From NCBI GenBank assembly GCA_016928815.1, contig JAFGJZ010000015.1:1-60519 (forward strand): 60,519 nucleotides of DNA, given 5' to 3'. Numbering within the stretch: the stretch's first letter is position 1; the number at the start of each line of letters is the position of its first letter. The notes beneath the pieces are model-generated. The model was not told the origin of the DNA, searched no databases, and worked only from the letters and a program-made list of their open reading frames with translations. Shown here one piece after another: positions 9,942 through 20,425 of this stretch. A program made the translations under genes and the position numbers. The DNA is from Spirochaetota bacterium (lineage in GTDB: Bacteria; Spirochaetota; UBA4802; JAFGJZ01).

Positions 9942-11483
9942 ATGGCAAATATACATCTTGAAATGCGCAATATCTCAAAAGCTTTCTACGGAGTGATGGC
10001 GCTGGATTCGGTTGATTTAACTGTAAACAACCACGAAATTCATGCCATTGTCGGCGAAAACGGAGCCGGTAAATCCACTTTGATGAAAGTCCTCAGCGGT
10101 GTACACGCAGACGGATCTTTTGACGGCGAAATATTCTTTAACGGCAATAAATGTACTTTTTCGGGAATTAAGGACAGTGAAAAATACGGTATAGTTATCA
10201 TTCATCAGGAACTTGCTCTTGTACCATATTTATCAATAGCTGAAAATATTTTTCTCGGAAATGAAAGAGCAAAAAACGGAATAATTGACTGGAACAACTC
10301 CATTTCAGAAGCCAATAAACTTCTGGAAAAAGTCGGATTAAATGAAAAATCCACAACACTTGTGGAAAATATCGGGGTAGGAAAACAGCAGCTGGTTGAA
10401 ATAGCAAAAGCACTGTCTAAAGACGTAAAACTGCTTATTCTTGATGAACCGACAGCAGCACTTAATGATGAGGAAAGCAACAAATTATTAAATTTACTTC
10501 TTGAATTAAAAAAACAGGGAATAACTTCAATTCTCATTTCACATAAACTAAATGAAATAGAAAAAGTAGCTGATGCCATTACTGTAATCAGAGACGGAAA
10601 AGTTATTGATAATCTGCACAAATCAACAGATAAAATTGATGAAGACAGAATAATCCGGAGTATGGTCGGAAGAGAGATAACAGATCGTTTTCCTTCCCGT
10701 AAATCTAATATCGGTGAAGAAACTTTCAAAGTTGAAAACTGGACCGTATATGACCCTCAGCACCATGATAAAAAAGCGATAGATAATATTAACTTCAATG
10801 TCAAAAAAGGCGAAGTCGTCGGATTCGCAGGTCTTATGGGTGCAGGAAGAACTGAAATTGCAATGAGCATTTTTGGAAAATCGTGGGGAGTCAGACACTC
10901 AGGAAAAATCTATAAAGATAATAAAGAAATTTTCATTCACAGTGTAAACGACGCAATAAAACAGGGGCTTGCATATGTAACAGAGGACAGAAAAAGCTAC
11001 GGTCTTGTTTTAATTAATAATATTATGCGGAATTTAACTTTATCAAGTTTAAAATCGATAAGTAATTCAGGTGTAATTAACAGCAATGAAGAAGTAATAA
11101 CATCTCAGAATTTCCGTGAAAAACTAAATATTAAATGTTCCGGACTGGAACAGAAAGTTGAGGATTTATCAGGCGGAAATCAGCAGAAAGTAGTTTTAGG
11201 AAAATGGATCATGGCGGAACCTGACATATTAATTCTTGACGAACCGACACGCGGTATTGATGTCGGCGCCAAATATGAGATCTATACAATTATCAACAGT
11301 CTTGTAGCAGAAGGAAAATCGGTTATTATGATTTCCTCGGAAATGCCTGAATTGCTCGGCATGTGCGACAGAATTTATGTAATTACAGAAGGACGTGTCG
11401 CAGGTGAACTGAAAGGTAAAGAGGCAACTCAGGAAAGCATCATGAAATGCATAATAACACATCAGCGTGAGCGGAGTATATAA
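9942..11483 (+). CDS. sugar ABC transporter ATP-binding protein (GguA/MglA-like, duplicated ATPase)
   Basis: [27 protein letters not shown]; second half [36 protein letters not shown]. Confidence 0.9.
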   Translation: MANIHLEMRNISKAFYGVMALDSVDLTVNNHEIHAIVGENGAGKSTLMKVLSGVHADGSFDGEIFFNGNKCTFSGIKDSEKYGIVIIHQELALVPYLSIAENIFLGNERAKNGIIDWNNSISEANKLLEKVGLNEKSTTLVENIGVGKQQLVEIAKALSKDVKLLILDEPTAALNDEESNKLLNLLLELKKQGITSILISHKLNEIEKVADAITVIRDGKVIDNLHKSTDKIDEDRIIRSMVGREITDRFPSRKSNIGEETFKVENWTVYDPQHHDKKAIDNINFNVKKGEVVGFAGLMGAGRTEIAMSIFGKSWGVRHSGKIYKDNKEIFIHSVNDAIKQGLAYVTEDRKSYGLVLINNIMRNLTLSSLKSISNSGVINSNEEVITSQNFREKLNIKCSGLEQKVEDLSGGNQQKVVLGKWIMAEPDILILDEPTRGIDVGAKYEIYTIINSLVAEGKSVIMISSEMPELLGMCDRIYVITEGRVAGELKGKEATQESIMKCIITHQRERSI

Positions 11484-11484
11484 A

Positions 11485-12657
11485 ATGACAGGAATAAAAA
11501 ACTATTTTAAAAACAATATTCGTCAGTATGGAATGATAATCGCACTTGTATTCATTATGGTGCTTTTCCAGCTGCTTACACGCGGTATTCTTTTCAAACC
11601 GATGAATATTACGAATCTGGTCTTACAAAACGCATATGTTCTCATTTTGGCGGTAGGAATGCTGCTTGCAATTATTACGGGAAACATTGACCTTTCAGTA
11701 GGATCCGTAGTTGCATTTGTCGGCGCATTGGCTGCAGTTATGATGGTAACATTAAAAGTTCCGGTTGCTTTAGCCGTGATAATCTCACTGCTGATCGGAC
11801 TGTCTGCAGGTTCATTTCAGGGACTTTTTATTGCATATTTTAAAATACCGCCGTTTATCGTTACTCTTGCGGGTATGCTTATCTTCCGCGGTATGACTAT
11901 GGTTATATTAAAAGGTCAGACTCTTGCACCGTTTCCTGTATCGTTTCAGGCGATCGCAGCCGGATATCTTCCTGGAAGAGAACTTACAGTTTTAGGTTTA
12001 AATCTGATTGCTGTAATTTTTGGAATTGTTCTTTCACTTATCTACATTTTCTTTGAATTTAATTCCAGAAGAAACAAACAGAGATACGGATTCGAGCTGC
12101 TTCCACTGAGTTTTGAATTAATCAAATGGACATTGATCATAATATCAATTAATGCACTGACAATCAGTCTGGCTGCATACAACGGTATTCCGATTGTACT
12201 ATTACTTCTTCTTGTAATTATAATAATTTACACTTTCATCACGCAGAAAACAATTGCAGGAAGACATATTTACGCACTTGGAGGAAATGCAAAAGCTGCC
12301 AAACTTTCCGGTGTCAAAACTGAACGGGTTATGTTTTGGGTTTATGCAAACATGGGAATGCTTGCAGCAGTTGCAGGTCTGGTTGTAGCGGGAAGACTTA
12401 ATGCGGCAACACCGAAAGCGGGAAATATGTTTGAATTGGATGCAATTGCAGCCTGCTTCATCGGAGGTGCTTCTGCTTCAGGAGGAATCGGTACCGTAAT
12501 TGGAGCAATTGTCGGAGGTCTTGTAATGGGCGTACTAAACAATGGTATGTCCATCATGGGCGTAAGTGTTGACTGGCAGCAGGCCATAAAGGGTCTTGTT
12601 CTTCTTGGCGCTGTATGCTTTGACGTATATACAAAAAATAAATCCGGCAGCCGATAA
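11485..12657 (+). CDS. sugar ABC transporter permease (GguB/XylH-like)
   Basis: About 10-TM protein with the conserved GGNAKAAKLSGV loop. I prefer ATG 11485 (GGAG 10 nt upstream, immediately after the upstream stop) over the track's GTG at 11467. Confidence 0.85.
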   Translation: MTGIKNYFKNNIRQYGMIIALVFIMVLFQLLTRGILFKPMNITNLVLQNAYVLILAVGMLLAIITGNIDLSVGSVVAFVGALAAVMMVTLKVPVALAVIISLLIGLSAGSFQGLFIAYFKIPPFIVTLAGMLIFRGMTMVILKGQTLAPFPVSFQAIAAGYLPGRELTVLGLNLIAVIFGIVLSLIYIFFEFNSRRNKQRYGFELLPLSFELIKWTLIIISINALTISLAAYNGIPIVLLLLLVIIIIYTFITQKTIAGRHIYALGGNAKAAKLSGVKTERVMFWVYANMGMLAAVAGLVVAGRLNAATPKAGNMFELDAIAACFIGGASASGGIGTVIGAIVGGLVMGVLNNGMSIMGVSVDWQQAIKGLVLLGAVCFDVYTKNKSGSR

Positions 12658-12669
12658 AAAACCATTATT

Positions 12670-12708
12670 AAGCAGGAACTCCCCCTTAAAACTCAGAGTT
12701 CCTGCTTA
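12670..12708 (+). terminator. hairpin after the ABC operon
   Basis: AAGCAGGAACT (12670..12680) pairs with AGTTCCTGCTT (12698..12708). The U-tract is weak. Confidence 0.45.
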
Positions 12709-12854
12709 ATATAAGCTATTCAGTTCCTTCCGAAATAACTTAATATCCATAAATACTTTTTTTTAACAATTCCATTTTAGAATTTATTGACATTTTCCGA
12801 AAATTGTACTTTATACCTGGTAATAATATTTTATTTTATTTGGAGACGACTTAA

Positions 12855-14588
12855 ATGATAAAATTATGGCAAAATCTTTCAATTAAATCCAAAATTATAA
12901 TTATCGGATTTATGATTATTTTTTCATTTTCATTATCTATTTTTCTCTATATTATCCCGAAAACAAAAACCGGTCTTACAAATTTTAAAAAACAGCTGAT
13001 ACGCGATGTGGTGTATACCACAGTAAGCATGATTGAACATAATTACAATCTGCATAAACAGGGACTCATCACCGAAGATGAAGCAAAAGCAAGATCCGTT
13101 AAAGCCATAGAAGATTTTCATTACGGTGAAAATCAGGAAAACTATTTATGGATAAACGACATGGAACCGAGGATGATCATGCATCCCAAGGTAAAAACAC
13201 TCAACGGCCAATCTTTGACTGATTACAGGGACAAAGCAAATGAACTCATGTTTGTAAAAATGGTTGATACGGTCAAAGCAAGTAAAACCAAAGAAGGATA
13301 TACGGAATATTTCTGGCAGCATTTTGAAGATAACACCAAATTTGTATTTAAAACCTCATTTGTTAAGGAATTTGAACCCTGGGGCTGGGTAATCGGTACA
13401 GGTATTTACATTGAAGACCTCAAACAGGAAATGAAAGAAACAACAACCGGTGTAATAATCATTATCACTGTAATAATAATCTTTTCAGTATTTTATCTCA
13501 TTTTATTCTCAAGCGGTATCGCAAGATATATTAATACAATTACCAGAAATATGAAAATAGTAAGCAGCGGAGATCTTACAGTAACAGTAACATCCGGACG
13601 CAGGGATGAAATCGGACTGATGCTTTCCGCTTTTAATGAATTTGCTTTAAAAATTAAATCCGTTATTCTGGAAGTGACTCATTCAATTGATCATTTATCA
13701 TCATCTTCGGAAGAACTTTCAGCTACAGCATTAAATCTTTCACAAAGTACACAAAGCCAGGCTGCCTCTTCAGAAGAAGTTACCGCTACAATAGAACAGG
13801 TTTCAGCCGGAATGAACAACATTTCAGACAGTGCGAAAAATCAGCTGCAGAATACAGCGGATCTGCTGAAACGCATCAGGGAACTTGCAGATAATGTAGA
13901 ACTTCTCAAAACTACCGTTGCTCAAACCAAAACACTTACAAACACCATTGATGAACGGGCAAAATACGGTGAATCAAGTATTAAAAAAATGTCTGAAAGC
14001 ATGAAAGTCATTTCTGAAAGTTCAAAAGAAATGAGTAACATCATTCAGATTATCAGCGACATTTCAGAGCAGACAAACCTTCTTTCACTGAATGCAGCAA
14101 TTGAAGCAGCCAGAGCCGGAGAAGCGGGACGCGGATTCGCGGTTGTTGCCGATGAAATATCCAAACTCGCGGATCAGACCGCATCAAGCACAAAAGAGAT
14201 AAGCAAACTGATACAGGAAAATGAAAATGAAATTTCAACTTTCAGAAATGATGTAAGCGCTACAATTGAAGTTATCAACACCATCATCAAAGGAATTGCT
14301 GACGTTGAAGACATGATGGTTTCACTTGTAGAACAGATGGACACACAGCTGTCAGCAAATCAGAAAGTTCATGATGAGGTTAGACTCGTTACTGAAAAAG
14401 CCGATTCAATTCAAAGTGCAACAGATGAACAGAACATCGCAATCAGCGAGGTTGTAACAGCAATGACAAACATCAGTGAAAGATCTCAGGACACTTCATC
14501 AGCATCAGAGGAAATTGCGGGCAATTCAGAGGAGCTCAGCTCCATGGCTTTGACTCTTAAGGATCAGATTGATTATTTTAAAGTATAG
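12855..14588 (+). CDS. methyl-accepting chemotaxis protein with single-Cache sensor domain
   Basis: N-terminal TM helix, a Cache-like periplasmic domain ([15 protein letters not shown] ... [10 protein letters not shown]), a second TM helix and a HAMP domain. The MCP signalling hairpin is canonical: [38 protein letters not shown]. Confidence 0.9.
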   Translation: MIKLWQNLSIKSKIIIIGFMIIFSFSLSIFLYIIPKTKTGLTNFKKQLIRDVVYTTVSMIEHNYNLHKQGLITEDEAKARSVKAIEDFHYGENQENYLWINDMEPRMIMHPKVKTLNGQSLTDYRDKANELMFVKMVDTVKASKTKEGYTEYFWQHFEDNTKFVFKTSFVKEFEPWGWVIGTGIYIEDLKQEMKETTTGVIIIITVIIIFSVFYLILFSSGIARYINTITRNMKIVSSGDLTVTVTSGRRDEIGLMLSAFNEFALKIKSVILEVTHSIDHLSSSSEELSATALNLSQSTQSQAASSEEVTATIEQVSAGMNNISDSAKNQLQNTADLLKRIRELADNVELLKTTVAQTKTLTNTIDERAKYGESSIKKMSESMKVISESSKEMSNIIQIISDISEQTNLLSLNAAIEAARAGEAGRGFAVVADEISKLADQTASSTKEISKLIQENENEISTFRNDVSATIEVINTIIKGIADVEDMMVSLVEQMDTQLSANQKVHDEVRLVTEKADSIQSATDEQNIAISEVVTAMTNISERSQDTSSASEEIAGNSEELSSMALTLKDQIDYFKV

Positions 14589-14631
14589 GAACATTTTTTT
14601 AAAAATAAATCTATGGAACAATGGAGAATCC

Positions 14632-15234
14632 ATGACAAATAAAATTAAATTTCTGATTACAATAATCATTATCAGCTTACTGGCTTCCTGCGGACAGAAA
14701 AATACTGACAGGCAGATAATCTCGGGATCTTTACCGGTCGATCTTATTAATCCCAATGGAATATATGAATATCTCATTTTCGAAGCTTCGTCAAAAGCTT
14801 TATCCGGATTTGACATTGCAAAGTACAATAATAAACATATTTTACTAACATATTCCATGATTGCGGGAGAATATACCGAAGAAATAATCACAAGCTCAAT
14901 TGAAAATCTGTTATCTGCTAATAATGTTTCAGTTTCAAAAGACAATGCTCAGGAAAAAATTCAATATGATTATAAATTAAATTTCTCAGTTCCAGTGTGC
15001 GGCATCCATGAATATTCAGGCCTAGTCAGAACAAATATATCTGCAAATATCATAATAAACTTAACCGAAATTTCTGCGGAAGGGAATCAGAAATTCCATA
15101 CAAGCGGGCTGATAGTTAAAAAATATGACCATCTTTTATTAAACGAATATTCCATTACTTCATTCTGGATTATCATGCTGTCACTGCTGTTTCTTGCCGC
15201 ATTAAGAATATTACTGCATTATTACAGAAAATGA
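14632..15234 (+). CDS. hypothetical lipoprotein with C-terminal TM helix
   Basis: Start chosen at ATG 14632 (GGAG upstream), giving MTNKIKFLITIIIISLLASCGQK (lipobox). The track's longer ORF overlaps the MCP gene. Confidence 0.45.
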   Translation: MTNKIKFLITIIIISLLASCGQKNTDRQIISGSLPVDLINPNGIYEYLIFEASSKALSGFDIAKYNNKHILLTYSMIAGEYTEEIITSSIENLLSANNVSVSKDNAQEKIQYDYKLNFSVPVCGIHEYSGLVRTNISANIIINLTEISAEGNQKFHTSGLIVKKYDHLLLNEYSITSFWIIMLSLLFLAALRILLHYYRK

Positions 15235-15237
15235 AAA

Positions 15238-16224
15238 TTATTCAAAATATTCAAATGCATCAATTATATCAAGATAGACACCGTCAAAACCCGCATCAAG
15301 AATTTTTTTTAAATATGATGAATCATTGCCGAAAATTATATTTTGCCAGTCCTCAACCCAGTATCTAACCGTGAAATTTCCCGGCCATGAAGGATCCTCT
15401 TCACAGAGCCACGAAGGCGGATTAGTCACCCATGAAGCCTGCCAGTAGTAACGGTAGTCTTCAGCTTCTCCGATAGACATGTAACATATAACCATCCAGC
15501 GTTTCCCATTGGCTTTTTCTTTCAGCTGTGTAATTTCTGATGAAGAAAATTCCGTTCCGTCACTAAAATAAAGATCCATAATCAAAAGATCGTAATCCGT
15601 CGAAGCAACAGCTGCAATAAATGCTGCTCTGGAAACAAAATTTTCAGGATTAATAAGATAAAGAAAATTTCTGACATCAGATAACGAATTTATATCAAAT
15701 GAATTTACATCATATGGCACTGTCGGATATGCAGGAATATTATTCAGATTCCGTTCATCTGCTGCAAAAGAAACATATCCTTCCGCATTATTTAAGGAAT
15801 ATGAATCATCCATTTTTGAATGAGTATAACAGTAATCCGTTACAAGTATTACTTTCCCCTGATTCCTCGAAACGTTCAAAAAAGCGGTAATATATCCGGT
15901 ATCGGAAGATAATGTTGCAATATCATCATTATCATATCCGTAAAAAAGATCTTCCTGCCCATGACCGTCGATTGCGTTCAGATAATCAGTACTTAATTCT
16001 CCGTCATCTTCACCGTTTAATGTAACCAGTTCTATCCCGTTCTGCGGTATTACGGCAAAAGCGGGGTTCTGTGATCTGGCGTACCGGCTTATGTTTATTA
16101 CAAAATTCCTCATTTCGCTGCGAAAATCAGGATCTGAGCCAGATGCATCAGTAAAATCATTAATACCGCATGAAATCAGAATAAACGGCAACCAGTAAAC
16201 AAAGGATAAAACAATCTTTTTCAT
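15238..16224 (-). CDS. GH114 / TM1410-family putative glycoside hydrolase (endo-alpha-1,4-polygalactosaminidase-like), lipoprotein
   Basis: Lipobox ILISCG. WMVICYMSIGEAEDYRYYW and GFDGVYLDIIDAFEYF resemble the GH114 (PelA-hydrolase-like) signature blocks. Confidence 0.6.
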   Translation of the reverse strand: MKKIVLSFVYWLPFILISCGINDFTDASGSDPDFRSEMRNFVINISRYARSQNPAFAVIPQNGIELVTLNGEDDGELSTDYLNAIDGHGQEDLFYGYDNDDIATLSSDTGYITAFLNVSRNQGKVILVTDYCYTHSKMDDSYSLNNAEGYVSFAADERNLNNIPAYPTVPYDVNSFDINSLSDVRNFLYLINPENFVSRAAFIAAVASTDYDLLIMDLYFSDGTEFSSSEITQLKEKANGKRWMVICYMSIGEAEDYRYYWQASWVTNPPSWLCEEDPSWPGNFTVRYWVEDWQNIIFGNDSSYLKKILDAGFDGVYLDIIDAFEYFE

Positions 16225-16523
16225 AACATCCCCTTAACATCTTTTACAGTATTTAACAGTGAAAGAGTTATGAATGAATTTTCTTTCATATATCGAATAC
16301 CGTTACGGAAGATAAGCTCTGAACCGGAAATGACCGGGTTTTAAAAACTTGATTTCCGGTAAAATGCGTCTGCTTGAGGAATCTTATTTAAAATAAACTA
16401 ATCTTTGTCAAGCCGGAAAGATTTTAAAACTTCATGAAAAAATTATGATTGATAAAAAAAGAGCGGTAAAAATAGTCGTTATATGACACTTTTCTGAAAT
16501 AACCGTTTATTAAAGAGGACTCA

Positions 16524-17282
16524 ATGACTGAAAACTCAAATAACCAAAAATTCAATTTATTTGAAATTATTACCGCCATTTTTGTAGGAATACTGATAGT
16601 ATCAAATATTGTTTCACAGAAATTTTTTGATTTCACATTTCTCGGATTTACCATGTCGCTTGACTCAGGAACGCTTCTGCTTTTCCCGGTTCTTTATATT
16701 TTCGGAGATGTAGTACCGGAAGTATACGGCTATCATGCATCGCGCCGTCTGATCTGGTATGGTTTCGGTGCAAATGTACTTGCTGCATTTCTGTTCAAAC
16801 TTTCAATTATGCTTCCGCACAGTGAGTATTTCACCTATCAGGATGCTTTTTCACTTGTACTGGGAAATGTAACCGGCCTTGTACTTGCTTCAATGGGCGG
16901 TTACCTTGTCGGCAGCTTTATTAACTCATTTATCATGGCACACATGAAAACATGGATGATCAGGAAAGACCCGTCACATAAATTTCTGTTTGTAAGAACA
17001 ATTGCATCAACTTTTGCCGGTGAATTCTTTGATACAGCGATTTTCGTAGGGATTGCAACATTTCTTTTTAAAATTTTTCCGCCGGAAATTTACATCAGTC
17101 TTGTTTTAACACAATGGCTTCTCAAATCGCTGATAGAAACATCATTTACGCCGGTAACATTGTACATAATCCGTAAAGTAAAGAAATATGAGAACATGGA
17201 CATTGTAGGAACAGACAGCTATAATCCTTTTGCTGTAAATAAAAGCGGCGGTACTAATTTAAAACAGAATAACAAAAAGTAA
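16524..17282 (+). CDS. yhhQ: queuosine-precursor transporter YhhQ (DUF165/VUT family)
   Basis: PVLYIFGDVVPEVYGYHASRRLIWYGF and the overall roughly 6-TM layout match YhhQ. Confidence 0.8.
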   Translation: MTENSNNQKFNLFEIITAIFVGILIVSNIVSQKFFDFTFLGFTMSLDSGTLLLFPVLYIFGDVVPEVYGYHASRRLIWYGFGANVLAAFLFKLSIMLPHSEYFTYQDAFSLVLGNVTGLVLASMGGYLVGSFINSFIMAHMKTWMIRKDPSHKFLFVRTIASTFAGEFFDTAIFVGIATFLFKIFPPEIYISLVLTQWLLKSLIETSFTPVTLYIIRKVKKYENMDIVGTDSYNPFAVNKSGGTNLKQNNKK

Positions 17283-17308
17283 AATAAAAACACATCAGAT
17301 ATTTCAAG

Positions 17309-17340
17309 ATACCGGTTGTATCAGTTACAGCCGGTATTTT
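17309..17340. terminator. hairpin between convergent yhhQ and the OMP-like gene
   Basis: ATACCGG (17309..17315) / CCGGTAT (17331..17337) followed by TTTT. Confidence 0.45.
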
Positions 17341-17360
17341 ATTAATAAGTCAGTTATGAA

Positions 17361-18311
17361 TTAATCCGGATTGCTACTTCTAACAAAATTTCCATTATAT
17401 GTAAAAGCAAGAATAAGTGATTTCATTTTCAATCCGTCTAAAAATGTTTTGTTATAAAATGAAGTCGATGAAGTCAGCATTCCTCCGGCTGAAAGTGAAA
17501 ATGAAAATCCCGGTGATACAGAATAACCTATATTTATTCCCGGCATTCCGCCTGAATATCTTACCGCATCAAAATTTCTGCTTACTGTTCCAGCAGGAAC
17601 CAGATTAAGTTTTACTTCCGCCCCGGCATTGTTCAGAGCATGCATATAAAGAAAATAAGGTGTAATTGAGAATTTATTTCTCCAGTTATACGAAACGGCA
17701 GCTGCAGCAGTTAATCCGAAAATAAGCGAATCTGAAGTCACCTCTCCGCTATAGGTGTACGGTCCATCCGTAACCTGCGGTGCTGAAAAATCCGCAGCAT
17801 GTTTCTGCAGGGTTATCCCGGCATAAACCGGAAATGACCATCTGTCTGAATCAAAGAAATCATAACCGGCGCCCGTACTTAAACATATCATTGAATAATC
17901 AATATCGATTTTCTGTTCCGACAGGACATCGCCGTAAAAATCGCCCTTGGCTCCTCCGGAAATTTTCAATGCTGAAAAAATTCCATAAAACATTATTTTA
18001 TCAGTAAATGCATAACCTCCTCCGATTCCAGCAGCACCGCCGTATAAATCATCACCTCTTACATCAGGATCAGTAAAAACCGTATCAATTTCAAATACCG
18101 CTGGGACAAATGAAACAGTATAATCCCCCTTATCATATTCAGTCATCGGTACAAACGAATCCGAAATAATTGATTCAACAACATTTGTAAGACCTTTTAT
18201 TGCTTTAGAAGAAACTGCCGTTTCCACAGACTGTGCAGAAATGGCACTTTGCAGAATGATAAATACCGGAATCGAAATAAACAATTTAACAATCAATTTT
18301 AAATTAAACAT
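17361..18311 (-). CDS. secreted, putative outer-membrane beta-barrel protein (hypothetical)
   Basis: It has a signal peptide (…ILQSAISAQS) and G/Y/S/F-rich alternating segments. No named family recognised. Confidence 0.4.
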   Translation of the reverse strand: MFNLKLIVKLFISIPVFIILQSAISAQSVETAVSSKAIKGLTNVVESIISDSFVPMTEYDKGDYTVSFVPAVFEIDTVFTDPDVRGDDLYGGAAGIGGGYAFTDKIMFYGIFSALKISGGAKGDFYGDVLSEQKIDIDYSMICLSTGAGYDFFDSDRWSFPVYAGITLQKHAADFSAPQVTDGPYTYSGEVTSDSLIFGLTAAAAVSYNWRNKFSITPYFLYMHALNNAGAEVKLNLVPAGTVSRNFDAVRYSGGMPGINIGYSVSPGFSFSLSAGGMLTSSTSFYNKTFLDGLKMKSLILAFTYNGNFVRSSNPD

Positions 18312-18390
18312 GCCGTTCTCCTGTAAAATTCCTGTTTTATGATAAGACTAAACCATAAAATTATAAAATCAACTGTTTATTTTATATATT

Positions 18391-18525
18391 GTCTGTCTGG
18401 TACCTGTCATATTGCCTGTATGGTGCCTGTCATGACGCCTGCTTCATCGCCTGTCTAGTGCCTGTCATGACGCCTGCTTCATCGCCTGTCTAGTGCCTGA
18501 CGTGTTGACTGACGATAGTCAGGCA
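18391..18525. repeat. phased GCCTG-core repeat array including a perfect 35-bp tandem duplication and a terminal hairpin
   Basis: 18423..18457 and 18458..18492 are identical (GTGCCTGTCATGACGCCTGCTTCATCGCCTGTCTA). GCCTG/ACCTG cores lie every 11-12 bp from 18402 to 18495. The array ends in the inverted repeat TGCCTGAC (18494..18501) ... GTCAGGCA (18518..18525). Confidence 0.8.
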
Positions 18526-18544
18526 AATATTGTATTTATCACAA

Positions 18545-18569
18545 TAAAAAAAGCCGGGGGTTACCCGGC
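18545..18569 (-). terminator. intrinsic terminator of the htrA operon
   Basis: The minus strand reads GCCGGG-TAACC-CCCGGC followed by TTTTTTTA. Confidence 0.7.
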
Positions 18570-18627
18570 ATTTCACACACATTACTTTAATATCAGATAA
18601 TTTTATATCAGCAGAAAGAAATCAAAT

Positions 18628-19758
18628 TCACTGCTGAATTGATGCCGGCTTTTTTGCAGGACGGAGAATATACTGACGCTCTCTTCCCTGACGCCATACC
18701 TTTACAGTTAAACGCCCGGCCGGGCCTGCTTTTTCAACCTCAGCTATCAGAACATCAACATCTGTAACTTTTTTACCATTAATCTCATAAATGATATCTC
18801 CCCGCATGATACCTGCAACATCCGCAGGACCATTCTGTTCTACGGAATTTACAATTGCGCCGTAATTCCTGTTCCATCCAAGCTGTTTGGCATATTGAGT
18901 CGCCATGGGAATGAGAGAAACACCAATGTAGCCTTTTTCGACAAATTTCTGTTTTTTAAGCTTCTCAAGAATAAGTTTTACATTATTTATCGGAATGGCG
19001 AATCCGATCCCCATATAGCCGCCTGATTTGGAAAAAATCATCCGGTTCACTCCGATAACCTCACCATTTATATTTATCAGCGGACCTCCGGAATTGCCTG
19101 GATTAATCGCCGCATCTGTCTGAATAAAAGTTTCATTTGCATCAACATTGGTTCTGTTAACCGCACTGATGACTCCCGAAGTAAAAGTCTGTTCCAGACC
19201 GAAGGAATTTCCAATCGCTATCGCCCAGTCTCCAACCTGAACTTCATCCGAATTTCCCAAATATACGGGTTTAAAGTTTTTTCCGCCTTCAATTTTCACA
19301 AGAGCGATATCAAGTTTTTCGTCATAACCGCGCACTTCAGCATTATATGATTTTTCACCTATATGAACGGTTATTTTATCAACTATCACTCCAGCAGGAG
19401 CAACCACATGAAAGTTGGTGCAGACAAAACCGTCATCCGACACAATAAATCCCGTGCCCAGCCCCTGCTGTTTCTGAACAGCCGGAGCTCCGTAAAAGAA
19501 AGTATAGAATTCAGGTACTGCTATATTCTGTTCTGTTGAGATTGAAACTACCCGTTCTTTATACAGATCATAAATACTTCTGAATGCTGATTGAACTTCC
19601 CATGCCTTCTGTACGGAAGGATTATTTTTCAGCGGTGATTCCTGCGTCGTGGACCATAGAGATCGTCCGCCGGTGCCGCCGTTGGAACATGAAAAATAAT
19701 TAAATCCCAGAAATAAAATTACAGCGGCAATTAACAAATTTCTATATTTTTTGTTCAT
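18628..19758 (-). CDS. HtrA/DegP-family serine protease with PDZ domain, lipoprotein
   Basis: Lipobox YFSCS. Trypsin-like triad context is present (TNFHVV, DIALVKI, GNSGGPLIN), with a C-terminal PDZ domain (GYIGVSL ... GIMRGDIIYEINGKKV). Confidence 0.9.
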   Translation of the reverse strand: MNKKYRNLLIAAVILFLGFNYFSCSNGGTGGRSLWSTTQESPLKNNPSVQKAWEVQSAFRSIYDLYKERVVSISTEQNIAVPEFYTFFYGAPAVQKQQGLGTGFIVSDDGFVCTNFHVVAPAGVIVDKITVHIGEKSYNAEVRGYDEKLDIALVKIEGGKNFKPVYLGNSDEVQVGDWAIAIGNSFGLEQTFTSGVISAVNRTNVDANETFIQTDAAINPGNSGGPLININGEVIGVNRMIFSKSGGYMGIGFAIPINNVKLILEKLKKQKFVEKGYIGVSLIPMATQYAKQLGWNRNYGAIVNSVEQNGPADVAGIMRGDIIYEINGKKVTDVDVLIAEVEKAGPAGRLTVKVWRQGRERQYILRPAKKPASIQQ

Positions 19759-19769
19759 AGAAACCTCCT

Positions 19770-20411
19770 TTAAAGCCTGATAAACTCCTTGCGCCGCTCT
19801 ACAGCTTTTACAATTTTATCGGAGTTTTCAGTAGAATAGTAATTTTTAAAAGACCGTGAAACATACAGAGAAAAAAGATTATTCATACCTGCTCCGGATG
19901 CGAAATCATTAATACCGTTGGATAAGGCCTGCATTGAATTAGAATAAATTCCTGCCAGAATGTTATCCGTCTTGTTATAATCAATACTTTCAATGTTCAC
20001 AACAGTACCCTGTTTCCTTTCAACCATATCCCCGTAAAGCAGATTTGTAATCCTTATCTGACTTAGCAGCTCAGTACTTAGAGTTTCCTCAATTTCATCA
20101 GCCGTGTACTTGAAAAACAGGTCTTTCTGTCCTATTTCAAGAGAATTTATCAGTACATCAGCATATAGAAATTCTCTTTTAAAAAGGGTTATTATCTTAT
20201 TAATATGTTTTTGATCCAAAAAGTTACATAAATATCCGTAAATTCTGACTTTCATATTTCCGATGTGATGTTCCGTATCCTGAAGTTCTTCACGGACATC
20301 ATGTATGAGAAAAATATTCGCCCGCAGTCTTGCAAACTCCATTGCCAGATCCCGTCCTATACCGCGGCCGCCGCCGACAATCACTACATTCTTGTTAAAA
20401 AAAGCTTCCAT
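19770..20411 (-). CDS. short-chain dehydrogenase-like protein with degenerate active site
   Basis: Rossmann motif VVIVGGGRGIGRDLA. VVNIES aligns to the SDR serine block, but the YxxxK motif reads YSNSM (Lys replaced by Met). Only 213 aa. Confidence 0.55.
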   Translation of the reverse strand: MEAFFNKNVVIVGGGRGIGRDLAMEFARLRANIFLIHDVREELQDTEHHIGNMKVRIYGYLCNFLDQKHINKIITLFKREFLYADVLINSLEIGQKDLFFKYTADEIEETLSTELLSQIRITNLLYGDMVERKQGTVVNIESIDYNKTDNILAGIYSNSMQALSNGINDFASGAGMNNLFSLYVSRSFKNYYSTENSDKIVKAVERRKEFIRL

Positions 20412-20425
20412 ACGATCGAATCTCC

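Noticed and set aside
10205-10729. Long antisense ORFs appear in the track, for example 10205..10729, 12342..12665, 33099..34445 (several), 34553..35032, 46965..47492, 24459..24938 and 28389..28844.
   Set aside because: All lie inside and opposite to strongly supported genes. Their products are low-complexity or hydrophobic and lack RBSs. They are shadow ORFs.
11467-11484. The ORF track gives N-terminal extensions at 11467, 14569, 38582, 41885, 42579, 43096, 53565 and 53947.
   Set aside because: These use GTG/TTG starts or overlap the upstream gene. Internal ATG codons with SD-like sequences (11485, 14632, 38501, 41945, 42651, 43147, 53550, 53884) give N-termini typical of the respective families.
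996-14588. Genome-wide reassignment of TAG was considered, prompted by two in-frame TAG codons.
   Set aside because: TAG terminates the rhomboid (996..998), DUF389 (1732..1734), MCP (14586..14588) and GNAT (43140..43142) genes at what look like natural C-termini. General recoding is therefore unlikely, although local suppression cannot be excluded.
16225-16523. A preQ1 riboswitch was expected upstream of the queuosine-precursor transporter yhhQ.
   Set aside because: I could not find the short P1 hairpin followed by the A-rich tail and the CUA(A/G)G pseudoknot element of preQ1-I, nor anything resembling preQ1-II/III. A cmsearch with RF00522, RF01054 and RF02680 would settle it.
18423-18492. 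The 35-bp perfect repeats looked superficially CRISPR-like.
   Set aside because: The two units are directly adjacent with no spacers. They are themselves built from 11-12-bp sub-repeats, and no cas genes are present. This is a tandem repeat, not a CRISPR array.
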